IMG/VR virus record: IMGVR_UViG_3300021431_004509
Coordinates: 53,149 to 117,148 of that record
Direction: 5' to 3' (one strand)
From: a virus
Lineage: Duplodnaviria; Caudoviricetes
DNA length: 64,000 nt
Of the stretch, positions 10,120 to 20,016 are shown one piece after another. The position numbers and the translations under genes are program-made. The notes under the pieces were generated by a model. It was not told the origin of the DNA. It worked only from the letters and a program-made list of their open reading frames with translations, and did not search any database. Within the stretch, counting starts at the first letter, position 1. Every line of letters begins with the position of its first letter.

Positions 10120-10387
10120 TAGGTAATTCAATAATTATCATGTACACCACCGAAACTCGGTGGTGTTTTTAATTGCTATCATTCTTTTTCCATACCTCCT
10201 TTCTTTCTCATCGGGGCGGGTTTTCCATCCGCCCCACATGGCACCATGTACAAGCCTCCACGCGGCGGTGCTGGATAATCAACCGATTGTACAATAGGAT
10301 GACGCCCGGCCAGGCTCCGTATGGACATGGGCAATAGCCGCCATGGCCGGGGCATCCGACAAAAAAAGGGGTTATGCGTGGAACGAT

Positions 10388-10687
10388 ATGTCGTACATGG
10401 TATCAAAGAATACCGTAGTTTTCGGCGGACATGAAACGTGGTTAAAGGCCATAAGGCTGGAATTGTCCGGGAAAATAAGGTATGTGGGACGCGAGGAATC
10501 GTTTAACACTCTGATTATCAGGAACGCAGAGGTTATCTGGATTCAGCCGAATGCCATCGCTCACAAGCAGTATTACAAAATAATAAACGTATCCAGAAGA
10601 TACGGGAAACCTGTGCGGTATTTCAAAAATGCAAGTGCTTCTATCTGTATCAAACAGATAAAGGAAGCAGACGGCGGAAACGCATAA
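10388..10687 (+). CDS. DUF2325-like small protein
   Basis: VVFGGH...AEVIWI...IAHKQYY...YGKPVRY pattern resembles DUF2325; start uncertain. Confidence 0.5.
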   Translation: MSYMVSKNTVVFGGHETWLKAIRLELSGKIRYVGREESFNTLIIRNAEVIWIQPNAIAHKQYYKIINVSRRYGKPVRYFKNASASICIKQIKEADGGNA

Positions 10688-10864
10688 AGGGGGATTCTTA
10701 TGGGAGATAATTGGGGTTTGCATCGGTGGTATTACAGCAAGACCACCGGGGAAATCGTCAAGACCATCGGCGAGGTTATCCGCCACGCGGCGTTTAACCT
10801 GTTCAAGTTCCGGTTGCTGGATTTTCGCTGGGCCGTTATCTGGCTCAATCAGTGAGGGAAATCT

Positions 10865-13473
10865 ATGACGGAATTTGACGCAGCAAATCTAAAGAACGGC
10901 GACGTGATCGAGTATCACGGAAACGTATGCAGGGTTCTCCGTGTGTACAAGAATCCTGTTCTCGTTGAGTGCCAGACCATAGACCGGGAATTTCCGCACT
11001 GGCATTTGGTTCGCCCCGGCGGGTGCAGGAAAATCACGCAGTAGGAGGGAAATATGGTTGGGATTTGCCTTGCCAAAAAGGCAAGTATCACTTATACGCA
11101 CGGGGAAATCGGGAACGAGGAAACCGCGCACATCAATCAGTGTTCAATTACCTTGCCGCGTCCGTTTTACAAGGTCGAGGCATGGGGCGAGACTTTTTAT
11201 GATGTCTTTATGCCCGAAGTAGAAAGATGGGTCGGGTTTACCGCGCAGGATTTCGACGAGGAATTTCTCGTCGTCCAGTTCGATGACGGGGTTATTATCC
11301 CGCACACAAAACGGAGGCACCGGAAAAGGAGCTAAGCATGGAAATCTGTTTTCAGAACAGGAAAACAGGTGAGGAAATCACCTACCACGATGCTGTCGGG
11401 TATTTCAAAGCGGCAGACAATGACGGCCCGGTTATTCAGGCAGTTTTTGAGGACGGGGAAACGGCAACCTTCCATCAGTCCGAGTGGGACTGCTTCGTTC
11501 GTGAATGGAGGGAAATTAAGTAACCCATGTACGTCAGGAAAACGCGAGATCGCTGGGATATTATGACCAACTGGGGATACGGTTGGGAATGTGAGTACAG
11601 CGCGTACTCATACGGCGAGGCTCGCAGCATCCTCAAGGATTACCGCGAGAACTCCTGCGGCAGGTTTTCTGTGCGCATGGAAAAGCACCGTGAAAGGATC
11701 GTATAGGTATGCGGAAGAAATACGTCTACAAGCTTCTGAAGATCCGCGACGGGGAAACATGGCCGAAGGGGTCTGTTATCTGGGCTTTGCAGCCGTGTAA
11801 GGGCTGGAGAGTGATCGGGAAATCCCCTATTTAACGGAGGTAATAATCCGATGAATGTCTACTATGTTTTCGGGGATTTCGATAACTCCGGGTTTGCAAG
11901 ATCTGTAAACGCCTATGTTATTGCTTCCTGCAAGGAGGATGCAATCGCGTTTTTCAAGAAGCGGTTTACGAACGGTTTGACTGTTATCAACAGAATGGCC
12001 GCGTATCAGCTGATGGAGGTAAAAGCAGGCTTGATATTCGGCATCGGGGAATCCGAGAATTTGTTCATCATCGAGCCCGGGAAATAAAACTTACTTTGGT
12101 GGTGAGTCAATGAATATCAAGTGTAAATGCGGCAGCACTCCACGGGTTTCCTACGGGGACCCGCAGAATCTTTCGATCGTCACCATTGTCTGCCCGTCTT
12201 GCGGGCGAAAGTCATTCGGTTTTACAGAGGAAACCGCGCTGTCGCGGTGGAAAAACGCAAGGCCGGAAATCCAAAAGGATTATTACGGCACCGACGACAA
12301 GAAAACCAAGGAGCGGTTTATTCGGGATTTCATCGAGTATTGCAGAGATATGAAGCGCCGCGCAAAAGAGGACGGTCGCGGAATGCCGATGCATATCAAC
12401 AAGTTTGTCGGGATTCTCGGCGAGTTTTGGCAGTTTCAGATCTCAGCAACGGAGGACACTGTCTGGACGGAAGCTCATCTGATCCATTTCGATCATAGTA
12501 AGAACCCGCCGATTGATCAGACTACCCATTATCCCAAAACAAAATGGGGCAGTTCTTATTCACGCTGGGATTCCGAGCTTCGGGAATTTCTCAACCGGGA
12601 AATCAACAAGAAATAAAACTAACCTTTGGTGAGGAAGAAAATGCTCAAACTTTTTATTGTCTCTGTTCAAGTTGACAACGGCATGGAACGCTTTGGGTGG
12701 TATGGATTTGTCTTTGAGGAATCATTGGAAATGGCTGTAAACCGTGTAAAAGAAAAGTTTGACGGGGATTACGTCGATATCCTGTGTGCCGCCGAAGCTA
12801 CTCCAACAGCAGGAATGATTCTGCATACATAAAACCAATCTTTGGTGAGGATGTGATCCAATGGGAAAATACGACACTTGTCCGGTATGCGGCCATCTGT
12901 CCGTTGATTTCACCGGAGACAACGTAGATCTGGACGGCGCGATTCTTGTCTCTGCGGAATGCTGGGTTTGCGGTGCATCATGGATGCAGCGTTACGTCTA
13001 CGCTGGTGATGAGGCGATCGAACGCGTCGAGGAATAAAACTCAGCTTTGATAGCACCCGGTAAATCCGGGTGCTTTTCATATCCCCGCAAGGGCTTAACG
13101 GCGGTTCGACTCCGCTGGCGGGGCTTATTAAACGGAAAGGAGATCACGCTATGCTTCGGGTAGTCTTCCTTGTCATCGAATCAGGGGTTCGCGTCGAAAA
13201 GGTTTTTGACTCCGAGTATCTCTGCAGGAAATTCGTAAACAAGCTGCGGCACTCCAAGCGCTGCAAGCTGATTTCCTATCCGTCGTTTTCCTAATTAACA
13301 TATGAGGAGGTAATTCAATGTCCGAGAGCAGGGAAAAGAAGCAGCGGTATTACGACCGCATGGAGTATTTCAGAAAGTTCCAGATCTGGCTCAGCGAGGA
13401 GCCGCCCCGCTGGAAGATCTTCAGCTACCGCCGCTGGATTGCGGCGATGCCCGATTACGCCGGGGTCTTCTAG
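10865..13473 (+). other. Array of about 10 short co-oriented hypothetical ORFs (e.g. 10865-11044, 11054-11335, 11338-11523, 11851-12087, 12641-12832, 12861-13037, 13151-13294)
   Basis: Closely packed ORFs, most with GGAGG/GGTGAG RBS. Confidence 0.65.
12110..12616 (+). CDS. Zinc-ribbon protein (Lar-like N-terminus)
   Basis: CKCG...CPSCG...A...W pattern at the N-terminus. Confidence 0.5.
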   Translation: MNIKCKCGSTPRVSYGDPQNLSIVTIVCPSCGRKSFGFTEETALSRWKNARPEIQKDYYGTDDKKTKERFIRDFIEYCRDMKRRAKEDGRGMPMHINKFVGILGEFWQFQISATEDTVWTEAHLIHFDHSKNPPIDQTTHYPKTKWGSSYSRWDSELREFLNREINKK

Positions 13474-13626
13474 CCAGGAATTTAAGCAGGAGGGCAAAGC
13501 AAGATGACGCCTACCGATTTGACTATCGTAACCTGCGCCATCATCACGCTTTTGTCGTTCTTCGTGGAGGGTGCGTTTATCGCCGCCCTTATCAAAGACC
13601 GCGAAGGAAGGCGAGGTGATCCAGAT

Positions 13627-14230
13627 GTATGGTAACGCTGAGATATATGTTTATCCGGTGGAACTGTGGAAATACGCCATAACGCACAGGACTTTAATCG
13701 CAAATAATCACGTCGTAATCGCTGAGGATTCCAAGCGCGGCATTGAAATCACGGCCGAAACCGACGAAAAGGGTACGGTTTTGGTTTGCGTGTACATGTC
13801 TGGGAATCGTGTTTATTCGGAACCCGTTATCTCCGATGCCGATTGTGTCAGAACGCTCGGCAGGATCTATTCCAAGTATTTCGTTATCGAGGATTCGACA
13901 AATGTCGATGCGGAAAACGAAGACGAAGAAGATGACGAGGAGGATGAGGATGAGGACAACGATATTCCCATAAGCGATGATGACGACGAGGACGATGAAA
14001 CAATCGTCGAGTTCAGAAAAATGGAGCTTGAAAATGCTTTCACGGATTTCATCGAGGCTGTCTTATATGACGATGCAAATGAAATCGGGGATAAGGATTT
14101 TCTCGAAATGCTCAATGATGTTCTTGACGTTATTTCTCTGTATAGTCCTGTATACGCTCCAAGAATCATTGACGGGGTTCTTGAGGAGTACCCATACAAT
14201 CCGGAAATCGATCCGGAAGACACCAAGTAA
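13627..14230 (+). CDS. Acidic hypothetical protein
   Basis: GAGGTG RBS, long Asp/Glu tract. Confidence 0.7.
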
Positions 14231-14280
14231 TCTACACGGGTGAACCCGGTAGAAATATAAGTAAAAAAGGAGAAAAACAC

Positions 14281-14679
14281 ATGGCAAAAATCACGATCGT
14301 CGGCGACGCAGTTGTCGTCACCTCCACCCTCAAGTTCGAGGACATCAAGCTCGTCCAGAAGGTCCGCCCCAAGGCGCTGACCGTCTATGGCGAGGAGGAT
14401 GGAAAGAAGGTTCCTGTCTTCGGCATCTGCACTGCTGACGGCAAGGGCCACATCAGCGAGTCCGGGATTTCCTTCGGCGGCGCTACCCGCGACGGCGAGG
14501 GCCTGGCTCAGATCACCATGGGCGTGCCTTCCAAGGAGGGCAGCGTCAAGGAGCTGGTCGCGGATGCGATCGGCGGCGCCGTCATGCAGCTGAACAAGCT
14601 GGAGGCCACCCTTCCCGCCGTGATCGAGGAGATCAAGGCTGAGAAGACCGCGATGCTGGACAGCATCGTTCTGGCCTGA
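14281..14679 (+). CDS. Hypothetical protein (132 aa) directly upstream of the Ubl gene
   Basis: AAGGAG RBS, strong codon bias, GC-rich hairpin after the stop. Confidence 0.85.
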   Translation: MAKITIVGDAVVVTSTLKFEDIKLVQKVRPKALTVYGEEDGKKVPVFGICTADGKGHISESGISFGGATRDGEGLAQITMGVPSKEGSVKELVADAIGGAVMQLNKLEATLPAVIEEIKAEKTAMLDSIVLA

Positions 14680-14776
14680 TCCTCCGGCGGGCCGGGGTTC
14701 CCGGCCCGCCGCACTACCCACATCAAAATCACAAAACAAAAACCATCAAAAAAAAAGAGTAAAAGGAGAATAAAAA

Positions 14777-15007
14777 ATGATCAAAGTCTATGTCGGTAAC
14801 AACGTCGATCGCTGGCCCGTTCTCTGCGATCCCAACACCACCCTCCGTGCTATCCTTGAGCAGGAGAAAATCGACTATTCCCGCGCTTCCATGCACCTGG
14901 ACGGCGCCACCCTGCAGCCCGGCGACCTGGACAAGACCTTCGCCGAGCTCGGCATCAAGAGCCAGTGCTTCCTGCTCTCCGTGCAGAAGCTGGACAACGC
15001 GCGCTAA
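14777..15007 (+). CDS. Ubiquitin-like (beta-grasp) protein
   Basis: 76 aa; IKVYV...TLRAILE...LDGATL...DLDKTFAELGI...L pattern typical of beta-grasp folds; sits upstream of JAB and ThiF genes. Confidence 0.7.
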   Translation: MIKVYVGNNVDRWPVLCDPNTTLRAILEQEKIDYSRASMHLDGATLQPGDLDKTFAELGIKSQCFLLSVQKLDNAR

Positions 15008-15015
15008 GTAACGCC

Positions 15016-15044
15016 AACTCCCCCGGAAATTCCGGGGGAGTTTT
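15016..15044 (+). terminator. Rho-independent terminator-like hairpin
   Basis: AACTCCCCCGGA/TCCGGGGGAGTT followed by TT. Confidence 0.7.
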
Positions 15045-15048
15045 ATAT

Positions 15049-15140
15049 CCCGAAGTGGCGGAACGGTTAGACGCAGGGCACTTTCAGCCCGGCCAGAGTG
15101 CGCGCCTGGCGTCCTGGTTCGAATCCAGGCTTCGGGGCCA
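15049..15140 (+). tRNA. tRNA-like RNA (Leu-type body, aberrant anticodon arm)
   Basis: Acceptor CCCGAAG/CTTCGGG, D-arm GCGGAA..GGTTAGACGC, long variable arm, T-arm CCTGG-TTCGAAT-CCAGG, CCA; anticodon stem only 4 bp with loop ACTTTCA. Confidence 0.65.
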
Positions 15141-15175
15141 CGATAAATAAAAAATAAGTTGAGGTGAGGGAATAA

Positions 15176-16624
15176 ATGTTTAACACACGCGTCATGGATA
15201 CGGCTTTCACCACGGAGGCCGCCAATGCGTTCTTCAGCGAGAAGATCTCTGGCGTATCGTACGACGGAGACTTGTCTCTGCTCTCCACGCTCAGGGCATT
15301 GCTCCTTAACCGTATGGGAAAAGACGATTCCCTGTATGCATCGTTTTCCTCCTGGGCGATGAGCTCGCAGCGGCAGGGGAACTATACCAATGAGCAGCTG
15401 CTCGACAGCATCAGAAGCAGGTTCACGCCGAATGACAACGAGTTCCGCGTGTGCTCCTTTAATTCTGAGGATCGCGAAGGGAATGACAAGCTCTATGAGC
15501 TGACCAATTCCTACTTTGCGCAGCCCGGAAACGGGTGGGTAAAGCTCGATGCCATCACGAAATTCTGCAAAAAGAAGTTCGATGTCCTCTGCTTTATCAA
15601 CGAGCGGAAAAAGTCCACGATCTTCGTCCTGAAGGAGCTGACACTCCGCAAGCTCCACTACATCCAGGTCGCTGCGCTCACGGCAATGCCCTGGTATTTC
15701 AATGTTACCGGCGGCGACAAGGTCAGTGAGAAAGAGATCGCGCTTCTGAACGCCATCTGCGAGGATACCGCTGACGGGTATCTGAGAGCTCTCGAAGACA
15801 TCGCTGCGGATTTCGATTTCGAAACCGAGTTCGTCCGCAACAGTCTCTCCAGAATCGAGACCGCGTACGAGCGTGAGAGAGTCGGTGATGTCCGGCGCGA
15901 GATCGAGAATCTCATGGAAAAAATCAACGAGTATCAGGTGTACATCAATACCTACCTGCGCTCCATGAACGACAAGAACGCAGAGCTCCTCGGCCTGGAA
16001 ACGAAGATCAACAACGGCGACGGGGAATCCGTCCTCAGCGAGTACTTCCTGTGCAACAAGCATTTGAAGCTCGACCGCGTCTCCGGCACGGAAATCTACT
16101 TCCATGTCAACGACTACCTCACATACTACGATGAGGACATGGCGCAGAACTTTATTGATTCTGCCAGGAGCGTTATCTACACCAATATTCCTGCCGATAA
16201 ACGTGAGGATGCCAAGCGTCTGGCGACGGCGGTTTTTGTCGACGGTACGGTCAAGATCCGTATGTGCGCCGCATATATGCTGGATATCCGCGGCGGATTT
16301 GACGGCTGCACTTCGTATGATTTCCACGGGGACGACAGCAGCAGAATCCCCAATACGCATATCAATGCGTACCGCTGCCTCGGCAACTACATTTCGACGA
16401 TCAATGAGCGGATGAAGAGCCGCGATTTCATCGGGGTTCTGGAGCAGATGATGGCGTCTGCGAAGAGTATGAACTTCGCTGACGGCGTCGTGATCAGCAG
16501 GTTTTTCAGAGACCTTTACAACGGTGTTGGCGGCAAGTGCTTTGAGCTTGCGGACGGCACCACAATGAATCTGGAAGAGGTGTTTGCCTATCTCGAAAAG
16601 GAGGAAGAAAAGAAAGATGAGTAA
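15176..16624 (+). CDS. Putative E2-like (UBC-fold C-terminus) protein with central coiled coil
   Basis: C-terminal PNTHINAYRCLG resembles the E2 HPN/H...CLG active site; lies between Ubl and JAB genes. Confidence 0.5.
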   Translation: MFNTRVMDTAFTTEAANAFFSEKISGVSYDGDLSLLSTLRALLLNRMGKDDSLYASFSSWAMSSQRQGNYTNEQLLDSIRSRFTPNDNEFRVCSFNSEDREGNDKLYELTNSYFAQPGNGWVKLDAITKFCKKKFDVLCFINERKKSTIFVLKELTLRKLHYIQVAALTAMPWYFNVTGGDKVSEKEIALLNAICEDTADGYLRALEDIAADFDFETEFVRNSLSRIETAYERERVGDVRREIENLMEKINEYQVYINTYLRSMNDKNAELLGLETKINNGDGESVLSEYFLCNKHLKLDRVSGTEIYFHVNDYLTYYDEDMAQNFIDSARSVIYTNIPADKREDAKRLATAVFVDGTVKIRMCAAYMLDIRGGFDGCTSYDFHGDDSSRIPNTHINAYRCLGNYISTINERMKSRDFIGVLEQMMASAKSMNFADGVVISRFFRDLYNGVGGKCFELADGTTMNLEEVFAYLEKEEEKKDE

Positions 16625-17612
16625 GATCATCCGCTTCACGCCCGAGCTTGTGGAGGAGATGCGCCGGGAGTTTGAGGAATCTCTCCTGAATGCGAAGCTG
16701 GTCAACGGCAGGTTCAGCTTTGTGAAGTCCTTCAACAGCTCCGCGGAAAAGGCGACGCTCACCTTTACGGAGCAGTCCTATCTCAAGATGCAGGCGTTGA
16801 TCGATGCGATCGACAAGGAGGTCGCCTGGCACTGTGTCGCCGAACGCTGCGAGGAAAACAAGTACCGCATCTCGGATATCCTGGTCTATCCCCAGACCGT
16901 CAGCGGCGCAACCGTTGATATGGATACCAAGGAATACGCCAAGTGGATCGAGCAGGGGATTATCTCCGGCGACGAACGCTTTGATCATCTCTACGCCCAG
17001 GGGCATTCCCATGTAAATATGGCGGTGTCCCCGTCCACCACAGACCTCGATCATCAGGCTGAGATCCTGAAGATGGTCCGCGACAACGGGTTCTATATCT
17101 TTATGATATGGAACAAAAAGAACGACCACAATATCTGGATCTACGACATGGCGAAGAATACCGTGTTCGAAAATTCCGATATCAAGGTCGAGGTCGAGGA
17201 GGAGGAAAACGGTCTCACCAAGTTCCTGCGTGAGGCGAAGCCCATGGTAAAGAACATGGCTTACACCACTCCGACATATGCAGGCGGCTATGGCGGCGGT
17301 TACGGCGGTTACGGCGGCTATGGCGGCTACGGCGGCGGTTATGGGAACTATGGCAGCGGGTACGGCGGGTATTCCGGCGGGAGGTATTCCGGCGGCGCCG
17401 CCTCGCAGCAGTCCAAGAAGGATCAGCCGCCCGCAACCAAGAGCATTGTCCCCGTTACAAAGAACGAGCCCAAGGGTGCTGTCCCGCCAAGAAATACGGC
17501 GGCTCAGAAGCCGAGGGTGACAGCCGTCGTCAACAGAGATACCGATGATGACGATGACGACGATCCGTCTTCTCCGTTTTACGTGAACGATCATTATTAC
17601 GGACTGGACTGA
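16617..17612 (+). CDS. JAB/MPN domain metallopeptidase with Gly-Tyr-rich tail
   Basis: N-terminal E (EVAWH), HSHVNMAVSPSTTD = HxH-x7-S-x2-D JAMM motif. Confidence 0.85.
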   Translation: MSKIIRFTPELVEEMRREFEESLLNAKLVNGRFSFVKSFNSSAEKATLTFTEQSYLKMQALIDAIDKEVAWHCVAERCEENKYRISDILVYPQTVSGATVDMDTKEYAKWIEQGIISGDERFDHLYAQGHSHVNMAVSPSTTDLDHQAEILKMVRDNGFYIFMIWNKKNDHNIWIYDMAKNTVFENSDIKVEVEEEENGLTKFLREAKPMVKNMAYTTPTYAGGYGGGYGGYGGYGGYGGGYGNYGSGYGGYSGGRYSGGAASQQSKKDQPPATKSIVPVTKNEPKGAVPPRNTAAQKPRVTAVVNRDTDDDDDDDPSSPFYVNDHYYGLD

Positions 17613-17625
17613 AGGGAGGTATAAC

Positions 17626-18297
17626 ATGGATCTTTCGAAAAGCTATGACTACTTTCAGCCGGAAAAAGACGAGTCCCGCCTCCACATCGTAGGATGCGGT
17701 TCCGTCGGATCAACTCTTGCTGAGAACCTGGCCAGATGCGGGCTGAAGAACTTCACCTTGTGGGATTTTGACAAGGTGGAACGGCACAACATCGTCAATC
17801 AGATGTTCCGCTCCGAAGATGTCGGCCGTCTGAAGGTCGACGCGCTCAAGGATATTCTGGTCGAAATCAACCCGGAATGTGAGGACAGCGTCCAGACCAG
17901 ACCCAAGGGCTGGCAGGGAAAAATGATGTCCGGCTACATCTTCCTGTGTGTGGATAACATCGAGCTCCGCCGGAAGATCGTGGAACAGCATATGGACAAT
18001 ACATTCGTGAAAGCTGTCTACGATTTCCGCACCGGCCTTGAATCCGCCCAGCACTACGCCGCCGACTGGAGCAACGAGAAGATGCGTAAGGATCTTCTGA
18101 ACTCCATGCAGTTCTCACATGAGGAGGCGGCGGAATCCGCCCCGGTTTCCGCCTGTGGTGTAACGCTCGGCCTTTGCCCGGTGGTTCGCCTGATCTGCGC
18201 TTACGGGACGGCAAATCACATCAACTTCGTAAACGGCAAGGGGCTGAAGAAGATGGTCATGGCCGACGTGTTCCGCATGGACACGATGGCATTCTGA
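17626..18297 (+). CDS. ThiF/MoeB/E1-family adenylyltransferase
   Basis: VGCGSVGS, DFDKVERHNIVNQ, K..ALK, CVDN...R motifs; candidate catalytic Cys in SACG. Confidence 0.92.
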   Translation: MDLSKSYDYFQPEKDESRLHIVGCGSVGSTLAENLARCGLKNFTLWDFDKVERHNIVNQMFRSEDVGRLKVDALKDILVEINPECEDSVQTRPKGWQGKMMSGYIFLCVDNIELRRKIVEQHMDNTFVKAVYDFRTGLESAQHYAADWSNEKMRKDLLNSMQFSHEEAAESAPVSACGVTLGLCPVVRLICAYGTANHINFVNGKGLKKMVMADVFRMDTMAF

Positions 18298-18505
18298 TGA
18301 ATCAAATCCCCAGCGGTCAGGCCAACCGACCGGTGCAAATTGACAGCACCCTGGGGCTTTGAGATAGACATGAGGCGCCAACACAAACATTTAATAAATT
18401 GTTGCCGCCGGAAGAGAAAAACATACGCGGCAAAGAAATTAAAGTTGTCGCGGGAGCAGGATTTGTTTTCCAGAAATAGTTGGTTTTGATCCCTGACAAT
18501 TATTA

Positions 18506-18812
18506 GCTGTAACGTATACCATTCACCACCTTGAATGGACTCCTCGCTGTTAGTGGGAGTAACACTTTGACCGAGCATGAGAAGGCAGGCACCAGGCTGC
18601 GCCCGGCCGGCTTACCGAGTTGGATGCCGCTATAACAAACTAGTTCGCAAAAGTCAAGAGGGTAATCCTCGCTTTTGCACGAACATCTCACGAGTCGTTC
18701 ACATTTCGCCAACCAGAACACCAAAAGTTGAACTGATTCGTTCATCTCGAACAATTCATCGCCTTCAGACTGCAGGTATCCAGGACATCCAAAGTCCAGA
18801 GTTGGTTACAGC
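18506..18812 (+). ncRNA. Retron-like msr/msd ncRNA 1, directly upstream of the RT
   Basis: Inverted repeat GCTGTAAC/GTTACAGC, unpaired G18514, hairpin CCATTCA/TGAATGG, hairpin ACTCCTCGCT-GTT-AGTGGGAGT. Confidence 0.8.
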
Positions 18813-18835
18813 AACACGAAAGAAAGGAGAAAAAC

Positions 18836-20005
18836 ATGTACTATGTCGCGGTGAAAGCTCCGCCGAGATATCACCAGATGACTCTGGAAGAGCTTTTGTA
18901 CGGAACAAGTCGTGACATGCTGGTCACGAAGAACGAAACCAACACAAGAACATACGAGATGGAAACGGTCAGTGAGAAGTTCCTCCGCGGGTTTTATGTC
19001 GAGCCGATGATCCGTATGCTTGAGAAGTTCAACGAGTCTACGGCAGAACTCCGCAGCGTCAACCGCAGGGATCTGTATCATTCGTTCTTTATTCCGAAGA
19101 AGAACGGCGGCAAGCGGCATATCGACGCTCCGCGTCCGGAATTGATGGACGCGCTCCGCAGACTGAAAACGATGTTTGAGGTCGCGTTTTACCCGATCAA
19201 TCGCGAGACTTCTGTCCAGACCACCTATTATCACACGTCGGCGTTTGCGTATATCGCCGGTAGATGTACCATCGACGCCGTAAAGCGACATCAGGCAAAC
19301 GAAAGCCGCTGGTTTGGCAAGCTGGACTTTTCAAACTTCTTTGGCACGACCACGCTCGACTTCGCTATGAGGATGCTGTCGATGGTTTTCCCGTTCTGCG
19401 AAATCTGCCGGACAGACCACGGTCGAGAGGAACTTCGCAAGGCGGTTGAGCTTGGTTTTCTGGATGGTGTTCTCCCGCAGGGGACGCCGCTGTCACCGCT
19501 CCTTACGAACATCATCATGCTCCCCATCGACTTCCGGCTTTCCGGCAAACTTCGTGACGTAGACGGCAACAGCTTTGTGTATACTCGCTACGCAGACGAC
19601 ATGCTGATTTCCTCCAGATACAATTTCAATATCCGGCAGATTGAAGATGTCGTCCTCAGCGTCCTGTCCGATTTCGACGCACCGTACCGCCTGAACAGGG
19701 AGAAGACAAGATACGGGTCTTCTGCCGGTTCTAACTGGAATCTCGGCGTGATGCTGAACAAGGACAACAAGATCACCGTCGGGTATAAGAACAAACAGCG
19801 CTTTCAGGCAATGCTCGCAACCTATGCGGTCGACCATAACAACGGAGTCCGCTGGGACTACGGGGATCTGATGCACATGGAGGGGCTTCGCAGCTATTAC
19901 CGATCCGTCGAGGGCGACACGATTGACAGGATCGTAAAGCACGTCGGCGATAAATTTCACCTGGATATCGTGTCGGCAATCAAGCAAGATCTCAGGCCCG
20001 CCTAA
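18836..20005 (+). CDS. Retron-type reverse transcriptase
   Basis: IPKKNGGKRHIDAP, SAFAY, AVKRH (region X-like), LDFSNFF, LPQGTPLSP, YTRYADD, NLG at the region Y (VTG) position; 389 aa with no maturase or endonuclease domain. Confidence 0.93.
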   Translation: MYYVAVKAPPRYHQMTLEELLYGTSRDMLVTKNETNTRTYEMETVSEKFLRGFYVEPMIRMLEKFNESTAELRSVNRRDLYHSFFIPKKNGGKRHIDAPRPELMDALRRLKTMFEVAFYPINRETSVQTTYYHTSAFAYIAGRCTIDAVKRHQANESRWFGKLDFSNFFGTTTLDFAMRMLSMVFPFCEICRTDHGREELRKAVELGFLDGVLPQGTPLSPLLTNIIMLPIDFRLSGKLRDVDGNSFVYTRYADDMLISSRYNFNIRQIEDVVLSVLSDFDAPYRLNREKTRYGSSAGSNWNLGVMLNKDNKITVGYKNKQRFQAMLATYAVDHNNGVRWDYGDLMHMEGLRSYYRSVEGDTIDRIVKHVGDKFHLDIVSAIKQDLRPA

Positions 20006-20016
20006 AGCAGCGGGCC

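Noticed and set aside
15049-15140. Opal suppressor or Sec tRNA (TCA in the loop) implying recoding
   Set aside because: Centering TCA destroys the anticodon stem, and TGA is used as a normal stop in many genes here.
14729-16762. Long antisense ORFs (also 36040-38118, 49017-50159, 52102-53484)
   Set aside because: Shadows of codon-biased plus-strand genes; no motifs or RBS.
18836-20005. Group II intron
   Set aside because: The RT is short with no maturase or endonuclease domain, and I found no domain V/VI or GUGCG boundary.
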